From Heptranchias perlo (taxonomy: Eukaryota), in the NCBI RefSeq assembly GCF_035084215.1, contig NC_090363.1, positions 5,952,001-6,016,000 of the forward strand: a stretch of DNA of 64,000 bases, in the 5' to 3' direction. The translations under genes and the position numbers were made by a program. The notes beneath the pieces are model-generated. The model did no database searches and was not told where the DNA came from. It worked only from the letters and a program-made list of their open reading frames with translations. Of this stretch, positions 37,991 through 50,545 are shown in pieces. The number at the start of each line of letters is the position of its first letter. The stretch's first letter is position 1.

Positions 37991-39473
37991 ACCTTGCCCA
38001 CAAATACAAATAAAATAAGTCAGTTCTTAGTAGACGTACGCCCACGGCCCAAAACTTCCACTGATTTAGCACTAGATCTCACGCATAGACTTCATGTGAT
38101 GGTCAGTGAACAGCAGAAAATAAATCACCATGAGAAACCTTTTAGGTCAAGAGCAGAGAGAGCTTTGCTATGCATCTAATCATGCTGTACCTGGCCTAGG
38201 GATGCTTGATGCAACATTGCGTTCCTGAAACGAAAAGTATTCAATTCCTCACTTCATTTTGATGAGCACAAAATGCATCCAAAAATAACGTTTTATTAAT
38301 ATATATATTAAATTCAAACTTCCCTGCCCAGAAATTACAGTTGCTGCATTAGTAAACAGGTTCTTAACGTATTCCCATGATATTCCTCTACTGGCAGTTT
38401 TAACACGGGTGTTAACCCCTTTCAATAGGTTAACGACTCAACTACAATAGTGGACATATAAACACTTAAAGCGTTGATCCGCTCATGTTGCCTGTAGCAG
38501 TTTCTATTCTGTAATGTGTGGTGTAATAACAAGCAGCAAGAGTTCATCACCCACTAACTTTAGTTGGATCCATCCCACAACGGGTTTAAGCCAGGGGCAG
38601 GTTGGTAACAAACGCGCGGTGTCCCTTTCTGGAGCTCTGTACCTGTTCTCCTTTACATTAACCATTTACTTTCTACTGAGAGAGTGGGAGAGGGAGAGGG
38701 GGGAGAGAGAGTCGAAACAGCAGTGGGGAGAGCTAATTGGATAGTTCTTTCAAAGAGACGGCATCGGCACGATTGGCCTCCTTCTGTGCTATAACTACAG
38801 ATATAGAATCTGTAATATGATTCCATATCAGAGGCAAAGCTGATTGCTGCAAGGGAGAATTTGATTTGCAGCTATTATTGCCCTCCCACCCCGCACGCCC
38901 CCCGCCTCCAACCCATCGAGATGACCCACTTTAGTGGTACATTAAAGTAATTAACCGCCAGCTCGAAAATAATGAGAAAATTCGGATATTTCGGTGTAAT
39001 TAAAATCTCGTCACGTTGCTTTATTTTTAAAAGTCGGCAGAAAAGAAACCAGAGCGGCAGGGTCATCAGTAGTACAACCATTAGCAGTATCTGAATTGTA
39101 GTCAAGCATTGGACTGTTAAAAGCGGCAGAGTCCTGCAGAGTGAAGCAACAATCAAACAAACAGAAGCAACCCGCAGTCATGAGGTAGATCAATTCTAGC
39201 CGGAAAGTCTATGTGGGAGGAGAGGGGGAGGGAAACTGGAGCATAGTTTAAAATCACCATCTACAACCACGAAATCTCTGCACAGAACGATGTGAAAAAA
39301 ATCTGAGTGCAAATTTATCGGTCAGCATCCAGTCAGTGAGATTTACATACTTTCTACTGGTAAAACTTTATATCTAAATATATATAATAATATAGCTCCT
39401 GAGTCATAATTTCCCCTCCCTCAGAACGTTTTAACTCCCCATAGATTGGGATGTGGAAAGGACAATGTAAAAT

Positions 39474-39737
39474 ATTATAAAATATTCACAATTGCTATTT
39501 ATAAAATATTCACAATTGCTATTTATAAAATATTCACAAATGCTATTTATAAAATATTCACAATTGCTATTTATAAAATATTCACAATTGCTATTTATAA
39601 AATATTCACAAATGCTATTTATAAAATATTGACAATTGCTATTTATAAAATATTCACAAATGCTATTGATAAAATATTCACAATTGCTATTTATAAAATA
39701 TTTACAATTCGTATTTATAAAATATTCACAATTGCTA
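39474..39737. repeat. 24-bp AT-rich minisatellite, ~11 copies
   Basis: Unit TATAAAATATTCACAATTGCTATT. Confidence 0.92.
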
Positions 39738-41039
39738 TGACTTTAAACTGCAAACAAGTCCGAGCCCAAGTAAGGGATGTTTATATTTTCCCCGCCTCCC
39801 ATATTTGCAGTTGCCAGTAAAATTGCAATTTTCTCAGCCAGTGGCTCGGTGCACCCCCGGTGTGACCTTACCTCAATGAGAACAGAATGGTTTCTGGTTT
39901 GATCCCGATCAGGACTGATTTAGCTGATGTGAATCGAGCGATAGGGACCAGTAGCTTTTAGAGGGCGCCAATTTGTTTTCACCTCCCTTCGGCTGGGAGG
40001 AGAAGGAAAATTCACCGGCGGTCCTGTCCCCTGATCACTATCCAATGATGTCCCGCTGGAAAGTGAGTGTACACGAGGGGGCTCAGCTCTCCATGGGCTC
40101 AAATAGCCCGCCCAACACACACCGACTTAGGCATGCAAATACCCAATGCCAATTGGACGAGTTACTTTCGCGTCGCCAGTGGAACTGTACCTCGACTACA
40201 GTCAGCAACATACAGAGAACATTTTAAGACCACCTTACCAGTTTCAGAGCCCGCTTGTGACCAGTTGATAGTAAGATAATTGCACGTTGACATGACAGTG
40301 GTGCGCTCTCTCACACAGCGAAACTTCCATCACAGTGCTGCCAGCAAGGCCACATCCTGTTTATGTTATTTTCTATAACTTTAACCATCGCCATAAATTT
40401 ACTGGTCAGTTTGAAAACATATTTCTTTAGACTTGTGGGTTTATTTTCGCTTTCTTGTAATAACTTGTGTTGTTGTGTCCTTTCCTAAATGCGACATTTC
40501 GCAACTAATAACTGGCCTCATTTTCAATTGGATTCGGCCTTGCGTTTGAATTCAACCAATGGTTCGAATTATTTTTTTAATATAATTATTAGTGGACCAG
40601 ACATCATTTTTTTGCATTGGTTGTTGTGTGTCCATGAACAGGATGCACGTGTTAACCAATATGTCAAATCCGATTTGGATTAATTTTCTGCGTTTGTTTT
40701 TTGGTATATGGGCAATTGATGTTTTGTGTAAGGAGAGATTGGTGTACCTATGCAGGTTTGACCTTTATTTTTAAATAATTGGGTATGTGGTGCATGGGGT
40801 TTTGTGTGTGTGTGTGTGTAGACATGTTTGAGTTTGCACTCCAAGGGGTGGTTTGATTTTTTGTGTAAGGAGTGATTTTTGTATGTATGCGAGTTTGATT
40901 TTTTAATAATAAATGGGGTTTTCTTTTTTTGTGTGTAGACAGGTTTGAGTTTGCTGTCCATAGGGTGCTTTGATTATTTTGTGTGTGGAGGGTTTGATGT
41001 TTTGTGGGTGGTGTTTGTGTTTTTTTATGTATCCCTCCT

Positions 41040-41690
41040 CATCCTTCTCGACCTTTTGATATCATCGACCACACCATCCTTCTCCAACGCCTCGCCTCCG
41101 TTGTCCTGCTGAGTGGGACTGCACTCACCTGGTTCCACTCTTACCTATCTAGTTGTAGCCAGAGAGTTTCCTGCAATGGGTTCTCTTCCTGCCCACGCAC
41201 CTTTACCTCTGGAGCCCCCCAAGGATCTATCCTTGGCCCCCTCCTGTTTCTCGTCTACATGCTGCCCCTCAGTGACATCATCCAAAGACATGACATCGGG
41301 TTCCACATTTGCACTAAGAACACCCAGCTCTACCTCACCACCACCTCTCTCGACCCTCCACTGTCTCTGATTTGTCACACTGCTTGTCCGAATCCAGTCC
41401 TGGATGAGCCGAAATTTCCTCCAAGTGAACACCGGAAAGTCTTCAATCCCCCGCCATAAACTCCATTCCCTCGCCACCGATTCCATCCCCCACCCTGACC
41501 TCTATCTGAGGCAGAACCAGATTATTCACAACCTCAGCCTACTATTTGACCCTGAGCTGAGCTTCCAACCACTTATCCGCTCCATCGCATAGGCTGCCTA
41601 ATTCCACTCCCACAATATCACCCATCTCCGCCCCTGCGCCTCGAGATATTTTCCTACATTAAAGGTGCTATATAAACTCAAGTTATTCTG
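41040..41690 (+). mobile_element. L2 LINE RT fragment
   Basis: Reads FDIIDHTILLQRL...WFHSYLS...GAPQGSILGPLLF. Confidence 0.85.
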
Positions 41691-41704
41691 CATATGGGTA
41701 TGAT

Positions 41705-43625
41705 TTTTTGTTTGATGGGGTTTGATTTTTTAGTTTGATGGGGTTTGATTTTTTTTGTGATTGATTGGGTTTGATTTTTTTGGTTGCGATTGGGTTTGAT
41801 TTTTTTGGGTTTGGGTTTGATTTTTTGGTGTGATTGGGTTTGATTTTTTTGGGTGTGATTGGGTTTGATTTTTTTGGTTGTGATTGGGTTTGATTTTTTG
41901 GGTGTGATTTGGGTTTGATTTTTTGGTTGTGATTGGGTTTGATTTTTTTGGTTGCGATTAGGTTTGATTTTTTTGGGTGTGATTGGGTTTGATTTTTTTG
42001 GGTGTGATTGGGTTTGATTTTTTTGGGTGTGATTGGGTTTGATTTTTTGTTTGTGATTGGGTTTGATTTTTTGGGTGTGATTGGGTTTGATTTTTTGGGT
42101 TTGGGTTTGATTTTTTGGGTGTGATTGGGTTTGATTTTTTGGGTTTGGGTTTGATTTTTTTGGTTGTGATTTGGGTTTGATTTTTTGGTTGTGATTGTGT
42201 TTGATTTTTTGGTTGTGATTGGGTTTGATTTTTTGGGTGTGATTGGGTTTGATTTTTTTGGTTCAGATTGGGTTTGATTTTTTGGTTGCGATTGAGTTTG
42301 ATTTTTTGGTTGTGATTGGGTTTGATTTTTTGGTTGTGATTGGGTTTGATTTTTTGGGTTTGGGTTTGATTTTTTTGGGGTGTGATTGGGTTTGATTTTT
42401 TGGGTTTGGATTTGATTTTTTGGGTGTGATTGGGTTTGATTTTTTGGTTGTGATTGGGTTTGATTTTTTGGTTGTGATTGGGTTTGATTTTTTGGGTTTG
42501 GGTTTGATTTTTTTGGGGTGTGATTGGGTTTGATTTTTTGGTTGTGATTGGTTTTGATTTTTTGGGTGTGATTGGGTTTGATTTTTTTGGTTGTGTTTGG
42601 GTTTGATTTTTTTGGTTGTGTTTGGGTTTGATTTTTTGGGTTTGGGTTTGATTTTTTGGGTGTGATTGGGTTTGATTTTTTTGGTTGTGTTTGGGTTTGA
42701 TTTTTTGGGTTTGGGTTTGATTTTTTGGGTGTGATTGGGTTTGATTTTTTTGGTTGTGTTTGGGTTTGATTTTTTGGGTTTGGGTTTGATTTTTTGGGTG
42801 TGATTGGGTTTGATTTTTTGGTTGTGATTGGGTTTGATTTTTTGGTTGTGATTGGGTTTGATTTTTTGGGTTTGGGTTTGATTTTTTTGGGGTGTGATTG
42901 GGTTTGATTTTTTGGTTGTGATTGGTTTTGATTTTTTGGGTGTGATTGGGTTTGATTTTTTTGGTTGTGTTTGGGTTTGATTTTTTTGGTTGTGTTTGGG
43001 TTTGATTTTTTGGGTTTGGGTTTGATTTTTTGGGTGTGATTGGGTTTGATTTTTTTGGTTGTGTTTGGGTTTGATTTTTTGGGTTTGGGTTTGATTTTTT
43101 GGGTGTGATTGGGTTTGATTTTTTTGGTTGTGTTTGGGTTTGATTTTTTGGGTTTGGGTTTGATTTTTTGGGTGTGATTGGGTTTGATTTTTTTGGTTGT
43201 GTTTGGGTTTGATTTTTTTGGTTTGGGTTTGATTTTTTGGGTGTGATTGGGTTTGATTTTTTTGGTTGTGTTTGGGTTTGATTTTTTGGGTTTGGGTTTG
43301 ATTTTTTGGTGTGATTGGGTTTGATTTTTTGGGTGTGATTGGGTTTGATTTTTTGGTTGTGATTGGGTTTGATTTTTTAGTTGTGATTGGGTTTGATTTT
43401 TTGGTTGTGATTGGGTTTGATTTTTTAATTGTGATTGGGTTTGATTTTTTGGGTTTGGGTTTGATTTTTTGGGTTTGGGTTTGATTTTTTGGGTGTGATT
43501 GGGTTTGATTTTTTTGGGTGTGATTGGGTTTGATTTTTTTTGGGTGTGATTGGGTTTGATTTTTTTGGGTGTGATTGGGTTTGATTTTTCGTGAGATTGG
43601 GTTTGATTTTTTGTGTTTGTGTTTC
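41705..43625. repeat. ~1.9 kb G/T-rich simple satellite
   Basis: Variants of TTTGATTTTTTGG(G/T)TGTGATTGGG; almost no C on the + strand. Confidence 0.95.
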
Positions 43626-46049
43626 TGTGGGTTTGGTTTTTCTGTGTGAGGGGATTTGAAATTTTTGATATGGAACGTCACATTTATGTGTATCAGAGCT
43701 CAGGTGTTTTATTTATAGGAGTCTGATTTTTTGGCACTTGTTTTTTTCTCTGTCTGCAAAAGGCTCATACTTTTAAAGATGGAGGCACTGGAGTTCTGTC
43801 TTTTGACAGCCTATATTTCTGTCTATGGGAGACCCACATTACTGTGATGGGGGAGGGGGGCGGGATCATTTTTTTCTGTAATTATTTGCAGCCGGTATGA
43901 AAGATCTCCTGGTGTGCGTCTGGTGTCTTAAAATCCCTTCATCTGTAGGAGAAAGAAGCTATTTGTTTGTGTACTTAGTATTTAATGTCTTTTATACTGA
44001 ATCAAATTATTACACATTTCAGCACACAAATACTTGAACACATCAGTACAATAGTAGTTTAGATGAATGTATCTGAGTCATGCTGGAGATAGTACAGGGG
44101 ACAACATAAGAATAAATTAGGTAGTATTGACCATAAACTCTGTTGAGTTTAGCTTCCTCCATGTGCTGCTTAATGCCTTTGTGTTAACTTCCTGTCTATT
44201 CAATTTTAATGCAGTTATGTGACACATTTGGTTCCAGCAACTCCAGTTGGCTTCTGCCATATGATGCATTCACAGCAGAGGGAGCTGTTGGGTGCATCAT
44301 ATTATGTTGGGTGCAACAGACCTTTTGGGGGGTGATTTTAACCCCCAAGAACAGGTGGGCTGAGGGCGGGTGGGAGTTGAAAATAGTTGTTTTTTGGGTT
44401 GCGACCGCAACCCAGCTTTATTTCCGGGTTCAACGTCAGCGAATGCAAAGTCCAAAAATTTTGCAGTTGCGACCCAAAAAAACAATTATTTTCAACTCCC
44501 ACCCGTCCCCAACCCACCCGTTCTTGGGGGTTAAAATCACCCCCTTTTGTGACGACAATCTTTACCTGTAATTGAAAGCTTGAACCCGTTTGTAAAGAAC
44601 GGTTATAACCTTTAGTTACTCATAATGCACAGAGAAAATCATCCCGCCCAGGAGCATAGCTGTAACTGAATGAAATGAGGAGTTCGGGATCTATGAGGAA
44701 AGACTGGCGAGACGTGAGCTACTCAGCCTGGAAAGGACGGGGTAGAAATCTGTCTCGGGCTGGGGCATATAACAGGCGCCCGATGCGATACCACCCGCCC
44801 GAGACAAATTTCTACCTCAAGGTGTCTGAGACGTGACTGTATATAAAATAATTAAGGCTAAGAAAAAGTCCATGAAACTGTGTGAGTAAAGAAAGAAAGA
44901 CTTGCATTTATATAGCACCTTTCACGGCATCAGGACATCCCAAAGCGCTTTATAGTTCTTTTGACGTATAGTCACTGTTGTAATGTAGGGGAACACAGCA
45001 GCTAATTTGCGCACAGCAAGATCCCGCAAACTGCAATGTGACCAGACAACCTGTTCTAATGATGCTGGTTGAGTGATGAACATTAGCCAGGAGTAGAACT
45101 AAGGGACATGGGTTCAAACTACTAAAAGGTAATTTTAGGATGGTTATCAGGAGATTCCTCTTCACACAAAGAGGGTCATTTCCACCTTCACCATGTGGGT
45201 AATAAACCAACCCCAAGCACTTGGTTTTCATCCCCAAGATTTTGATCCGCTCCGCCAGTTCACCACCCCAGTGGAGATGAAAATTACCCCCAACGAGTGA
45301 CCATCGCAGTGAACAAACTTCACAGTGGCCAAGACAAGTATTGTATTTAATACACAACTGGATGGAACAATGAGGGTGCGGTGGGGTTCAGATCTCTCTG
45401 TGTGCTTGAATTGAGATGAATGGTCTTCCTCTTCCGTAATTATCTTGTGATTCAGGTCCAGAGTCAGCTGGTTCAGGATATACGTAACAGGCACAGCACC
45501 AAGCCTGCTCCAGTGCGTAATTACTTTAGGGGCATCTGGGATCTTAGACTGAAACACAGCAGCTCCTTGTTATAATGGTCTCCAGTGTGTTACAGCACTC
45601 ACTTTAATTTCTGGGCCTATTTCTCCACTGATATCCCTTGTCGTCATTTCAGGGCCTTTGAGTGTGAAATTCACCTTAGGTGGAAATGCAAAGTGAATGG
45701 AATCTTTTCCATTGATTCCCATTGGAATCAATGGAAAAGAAAGTCAGGTGGGACATGAAACGGACGGCTGATTCGCTATTGTAACCCACAAGATAAATTT
45801 CACCTCCTATTTTTCTTCTGCTTCTACTTAGTTACATTACCTTACGGCTCACCAATAACACCTGCATGGCTTAATGGTAGCACTCTTGACTCTGAGGCTG
45901 AAGTTTATGGGTTCAAGTCCCACTCTAGGACTTGACTGTGTAATTTTTAGGCTGACACATCAGTGCAGTACTGAGGGAGTGCTGCACTGTCAGCGGCGCT
46001 GTCACTTACATAATATACTACACTCTCGGGTGGATGTAAAAGATCCAAT

Positions 46050-47774
46050 GGGCCCGATATTAGGAGGGAGGCGGGTTGGCAGCGGGGGGTCGACTGAGCA
46101 CGTGGGTAACCCGCCCGGTGAAATCGGTGGGCTTCCCACACGATCGTAAGTAAATTGAAGCCACTTTGCTTCCGGGTTTCGCGCTGGAAAGCTGCGCAGT
46201 GGGCGGACTGCGCACCCGCATCATAGGCTGTCAGCTGGAGGAGCTCTACTTAAAGGGGCAGTCCTCCACTGATTGCTGCAGAAAATCGGCAAAATTACAG
46301 CATGGAGCAGCCCAGGGGGAAGGCTGCTCCCAGGTTTAATGATGCCTCACTCCAGGTCTTACTGGATGGGGTGAGGAGGAGGGGGAGGACAGAGATCTTC
46401 CAACCGGCGGGCGGGAGGAACTGGCCTGCCTCTGCCACCACGAGGGCCTGGCTTGAGGTGGCAGAGGAGGTCACCTGCACCACCAACATATCGCCCACCT
46501 GCATACAGTGCAGGGGGCACTTCAATGACCTGAGTAGGTCAGCCAAAGTGAGTACACTTACTCATTCCCCTACACTCCGTCTGCCACATCACTGCCCCCA
46601 GCCCACATCTCCTTCTGCACTGCCAACACTACTCTATCACATCACTCCCCACACCCACTCAAACCTCATCCTCATCTTACCTGCACTTACTCACCTCGCC
46701 AGTACTCATCCCACCACTACCACTCAACCCAATCCTCATACAATCTCATGGCTCTGTCTCATACTCACCCTCTCACGCATCTCTTTCACGGTCAGCCTCA
46801 CCCAACCTGCCACTACCTGTGCTGCAGCCACAGGGCATGCATCACATATGTGCAGTAGGCAGCGTAAGGCAAACGTGTCGTGAGCATGAAGGGGATGCAC
46901 AAGGGTGTTTGAGGGTTTGTCATGGTTTTTACTTATATTTGATTTCTGATCAACTCACATTACATATTATATTGGCACCACTACTGCCATGTCTTGGCCA
47001 TTCTTGACTGGCTTGTGCAATAATGCCCTTTCATGAGGTTCTCCATGAACACCCTTTGATGACACCCATTGGGTCACCCTACAGTGGGTGTATGTATAGT
47101 TGCACGATTACTTTGTGCAGGTGCCTGTTGCACAGCACTGTGTTGTGTAGCTCCACGTGTCGGAGGTGGACGGCATGCCTGGGGAGGCTGGTGATGTTGC
47201 TCGTCCTCTAATGGAGTGATGAATGCAGCAATGGACCCCCACCCCTCCCATCCTGACGGTGTGAGTGCGAGGGGGTCCGCAAAATAGGTAAATGTGTTTG
47301 GACAGCAGAGTTTAGGGTATGATTTAATAATTTGGAGTGTGGAGACAACGGTGTGGCAGGCAAAACTTTGTCTGAGGTGACAGAGTGCCCTGCTGCAATG
47401 AATGAGGGTTTACCCCGCACCTGTTAAACGGACCTTTGCAGCTGCCACTGGCTGCAACATGTCTGTTTAAACAGGGAGCGTTTCCCCCAGCATGGGAAAC
47501 CCGCTCTGGGTAGTCTAAAATCCGAATCCTCCTAAAATCTCCAACTAATGAGGTCTGTAAATGACCCAGATAATGATCTGAAGTGGGATCCCTCCGGCTT
47601 TGATTGCCAGTGGGAGTCCCGCATGCGGGGGCTGCGTGCTCTCCGATTCGCATCATTGAGGAACCCGGAAGTGGGCGGGTTGGAGCCGGGCTCCAGACCC
47701 GCTCCGGGAATCCCCAATTTTAGGAGCACCCCCCGCCACGAACGCACCTGCTCGGCCATCCGAAAATTGACCCC
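46050..47774 (+). mobile_element. PIF/Harbinger-like non-autonomous DNA transposon with a Myb/SANT-like ORF, inserted into a SINE
   Basis: The ORF from 46302 (APRFNDASLQVLLDGV...AWLEVAEEV...QCRGHFNDL, donor AAA|GTGAGT) is SANT/Myb-like. Imperfect TIRs and a 3-bp AAT duplication; SINE sequence resumes on both sides. Confidence 0.72.
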
Positions 47775-48344
47775 AATGGCACTGTTGGCAGAAGTGCAGG
47801 GAGTTCTCCCTGTGTCCTGGCCAACGTTCCTCCCTCAGCCAGCACCACCAAAAACAGATTAACCGGTTATTTATCTGTTTGTTGGACCTTGCTGTGCAAA
47901 TATTAGCTGTGCATTTGCCTTCATACCATCAGTGACTACATTTCAAAAAGTACTTCATTAATTTCAAAGTGCACTGGAATCAGTCTGAGAATGTGAGAGG
48001 TGCTATAGAAATCCAAGTTCTTTCTTTCTTTCTTGTTAAGTTAGGCCTTGAATTACTCTGGTTCATACTCCTACACGCTATCAAAACATCCTTTACACTG
48101 CTATAATATCCGACAATCCTTGGATGTTCTCCAAGCTTCTCCCCTTGCTTTTTACTTCTTCTGAGAAATAAGGAAGAAACCTCCCCTTTAAGTATTTTCA
48201 CCTATCAGAATTAAACATTACTGCAGGCAGTTCTGACCAACTAACGTTTTCCATCAGAGATAGGCTTCCAATGATAATTGCATGAGCACTTAATTAAAGT
48301 ACTTAATTTTGTTTGAGCACAAAATCTAGCCTGACACTTCAATG

Positions 48345-49465
48345 CAGTACTGAGGGTGTGCTGCACTGTCGGAGGGGCAGTACTGAGGGAGTGCTGTACT
48401 GTCGGAGGGGCAGTACTGAGGGAGTGCTGCACTGTCGGAGGGGCAGTACTGAGGGAGTGCTGCACTGTCGGAGGGGCAGTACTGAGGGAGTGCTGCACTG
48501 TCGGAGGGGCAGTACTGAGGGAGTGCTGTACTGTCGGAGGGGCAGTACTGAGGGAGTGCTGTACTGTCGGAGGGGCAGTACTGAGGGAGTGCTGCACTGT
48601 CGGAGGGGCAGTACTGAGGGAGTGCTGCACTGTCGGAGGGGCAGTACTGAGGGTGTGCTGCACTGTCGGAGGGGCAGTACTGAGGGAGTGCTGCACTGTC
48701 GGAGGGGCAGTACTGAGGGAGTGCTGCACTGTCGGAGGGGCAGTACTGAGGGAGTGCTGTACCGTCGGAGGGTCAGTACTGAGGGAGCGCTGCACTGTCG
48801 GAGGGGCAGTACTGAGGGTGTGCTGCACTGTTGGAAGGGCAGTACTGAGGGAGTGCTGCACTGTCGGAGGGGCAGTACTGAGGGAGTGCTGCACTGTCGG
48901 AGGGGCAGTACTGAGGGAGTGCTGTACCGTCGGAATGGCAGTACTGAGGGAGTGCTGCACTGTCGGAGGGACAGTACTGAGGGAGTGCTGTACCGTCGGA
49001 GGGGCAGTACTGAGGGAGTGCTGTACTGTCGGAGGGGCAGTACTGAGGGAGTGCTGCACTGTCGGAGGGGCAGTACTGAGGGAGTGCTGCACTGTCGGAG
49101 GGGCAGTACTGAGGGAGTGCTGTACCGTCGGAACGGCAGTACTGAGGGAGTGCTGCGCTGTCGGAGGTGCAGTACTGAGGGAGTGCTGCACTGTCGGAGG
49201 GGCAGTACTGAGGGAGTGCTGTACCGTCGGAAGGGCAGTACTGAGGGAGTGCTGCGCTGTCGGAGGGGCAGTACTGAGGGAGTGCTGCACTGTCGGAGGG
49301 GCAGTACTGAGGGAGTGCTGCACTGTCGGAGGGGCAGTACTGAGGGAGTGCTGCACTGTCGGAGGGGCAGTACTGAGGGAGTGCTGCACTGTCGGAGGGG
49401 CAGTACTGAGGGAGTGCTGTACCGTCGGAACGGCAGTACTGAGGGAGTGCTGCGCTGTCGGAGGT
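48345..49465. repeat. 33-bp minisatellite (~34 copies) expanded inside a SINE
   Basis: Unit GCAGTACTGAGGGAGTGCTGCACTGTCGGAGGG. The SINE body continues to ~49790. Confidence 0.95.
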
Positions 49466-50174
49466 GCTGTCTTTAGAATGAGACTTTAAACCGAGGCCCC
49501 GTCTGCCCACTCGGGTGGACGTAAAAGATCCCATGGCACTATTCGAAGAAGAGCAGGGGTGTTATCCCAGTGTCCTGGCCAATATTTCTCACTCAACCAA
49601 TATCATTAAAGCAGACGATCTGGTCATTATCACAGTGCTGTTTGTGGGATCTTGCTGTGCGCAAATTGGCTGCTGCTTTTCCTACATTACAGCAGTGACT
49701 ACACTTCAAAAAAAAAAGTCCTTTATTGGCTGTAAAGCACACTGGGACATCCTGATGTCATGAAAGGCGCGATATAAATGCAAGTCTTCCTTTTTCTTTA
49801 AGTTGGAAACAAATCCTTTCGAACTATTAATAGGTATGCACTGTTTAGCACAAGCCTTTAACAAAAAAAAAGAGAAGTAAGACACCACGATAAACCACAA
49901 GTTTCCTCTCTGGGGACTGACTGCGAATAATGAGGAAGCTGGGACTGTAACTGAAAGTGCAAGTTTCTGCAGAAATACTTGGAAGCTGCCCAGTTACAGC
50001 ATGTTTGATATGATTAATGGACCAGTGGAATTGTTTCACTTCCTGAAAACAAATGAAGTTCAGGCATGGAGTGTTATAAAGTTCAAGGGTGCTGGTTATA
50101 TGAGATCAGCATCGTTAAAGGGCCAACTCTGTCATCCCTTCGAAAAATGGCCACATGATCTCTGCGAGCGCTGA

Positions 50175-50545
50175 ACTGGTGGTGCAGTGGGTCAGACACT
50201 GACCTTTCACCCTCTGGGACTGGGTGGTACAGTGGGTCAGACACTGACCTTTCCCCCTCTGGGACCAGGTGGTGCAGTGGGTCAAACACTGTCCTTTCAC
50301 CCTCTGGGACTGGGTGGTACAGTGGGTCAGACACTGTCCTTTCCCCCTCTGGGACTGGGTGGTACAGTGGGTCAGACGCTGTCCTTTCCCCCTCTGGGAC
50401 TGGGTGGTACAGTGGGTCAGACACCTTTCCCCCTCTGGGACTGGGTGGTACAGTGGGTCAGACGCTGTCCTTTCCCCCTCTGGGACTGGGTGGTACAGTG
50501 GGTCAGACACTGTCCTTTCCCCCTTTGGGACTGGGTGGGTCAGTG
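50175..50545. repeat. 57-bp minisatellite, ~6 copies
   Basis: Unit GGTGGTACAGTGGGTCAGACACTGTCCTTTCCCCCTCTGGGACTG-type; unit length not precisely resolved because shorter variants alternate. Confidence 0.7.

Noticed and set aside
42263-43681. 472-aa K/N/Q/P-rich ORF
   Set aside because: Artefact of the stop-free G/T satellite.
48241-49534. Several 250-390 aa repetitive ORFs on both strands
   Set aside because: Translation of a 33-bp minisatellite inside a SINE.
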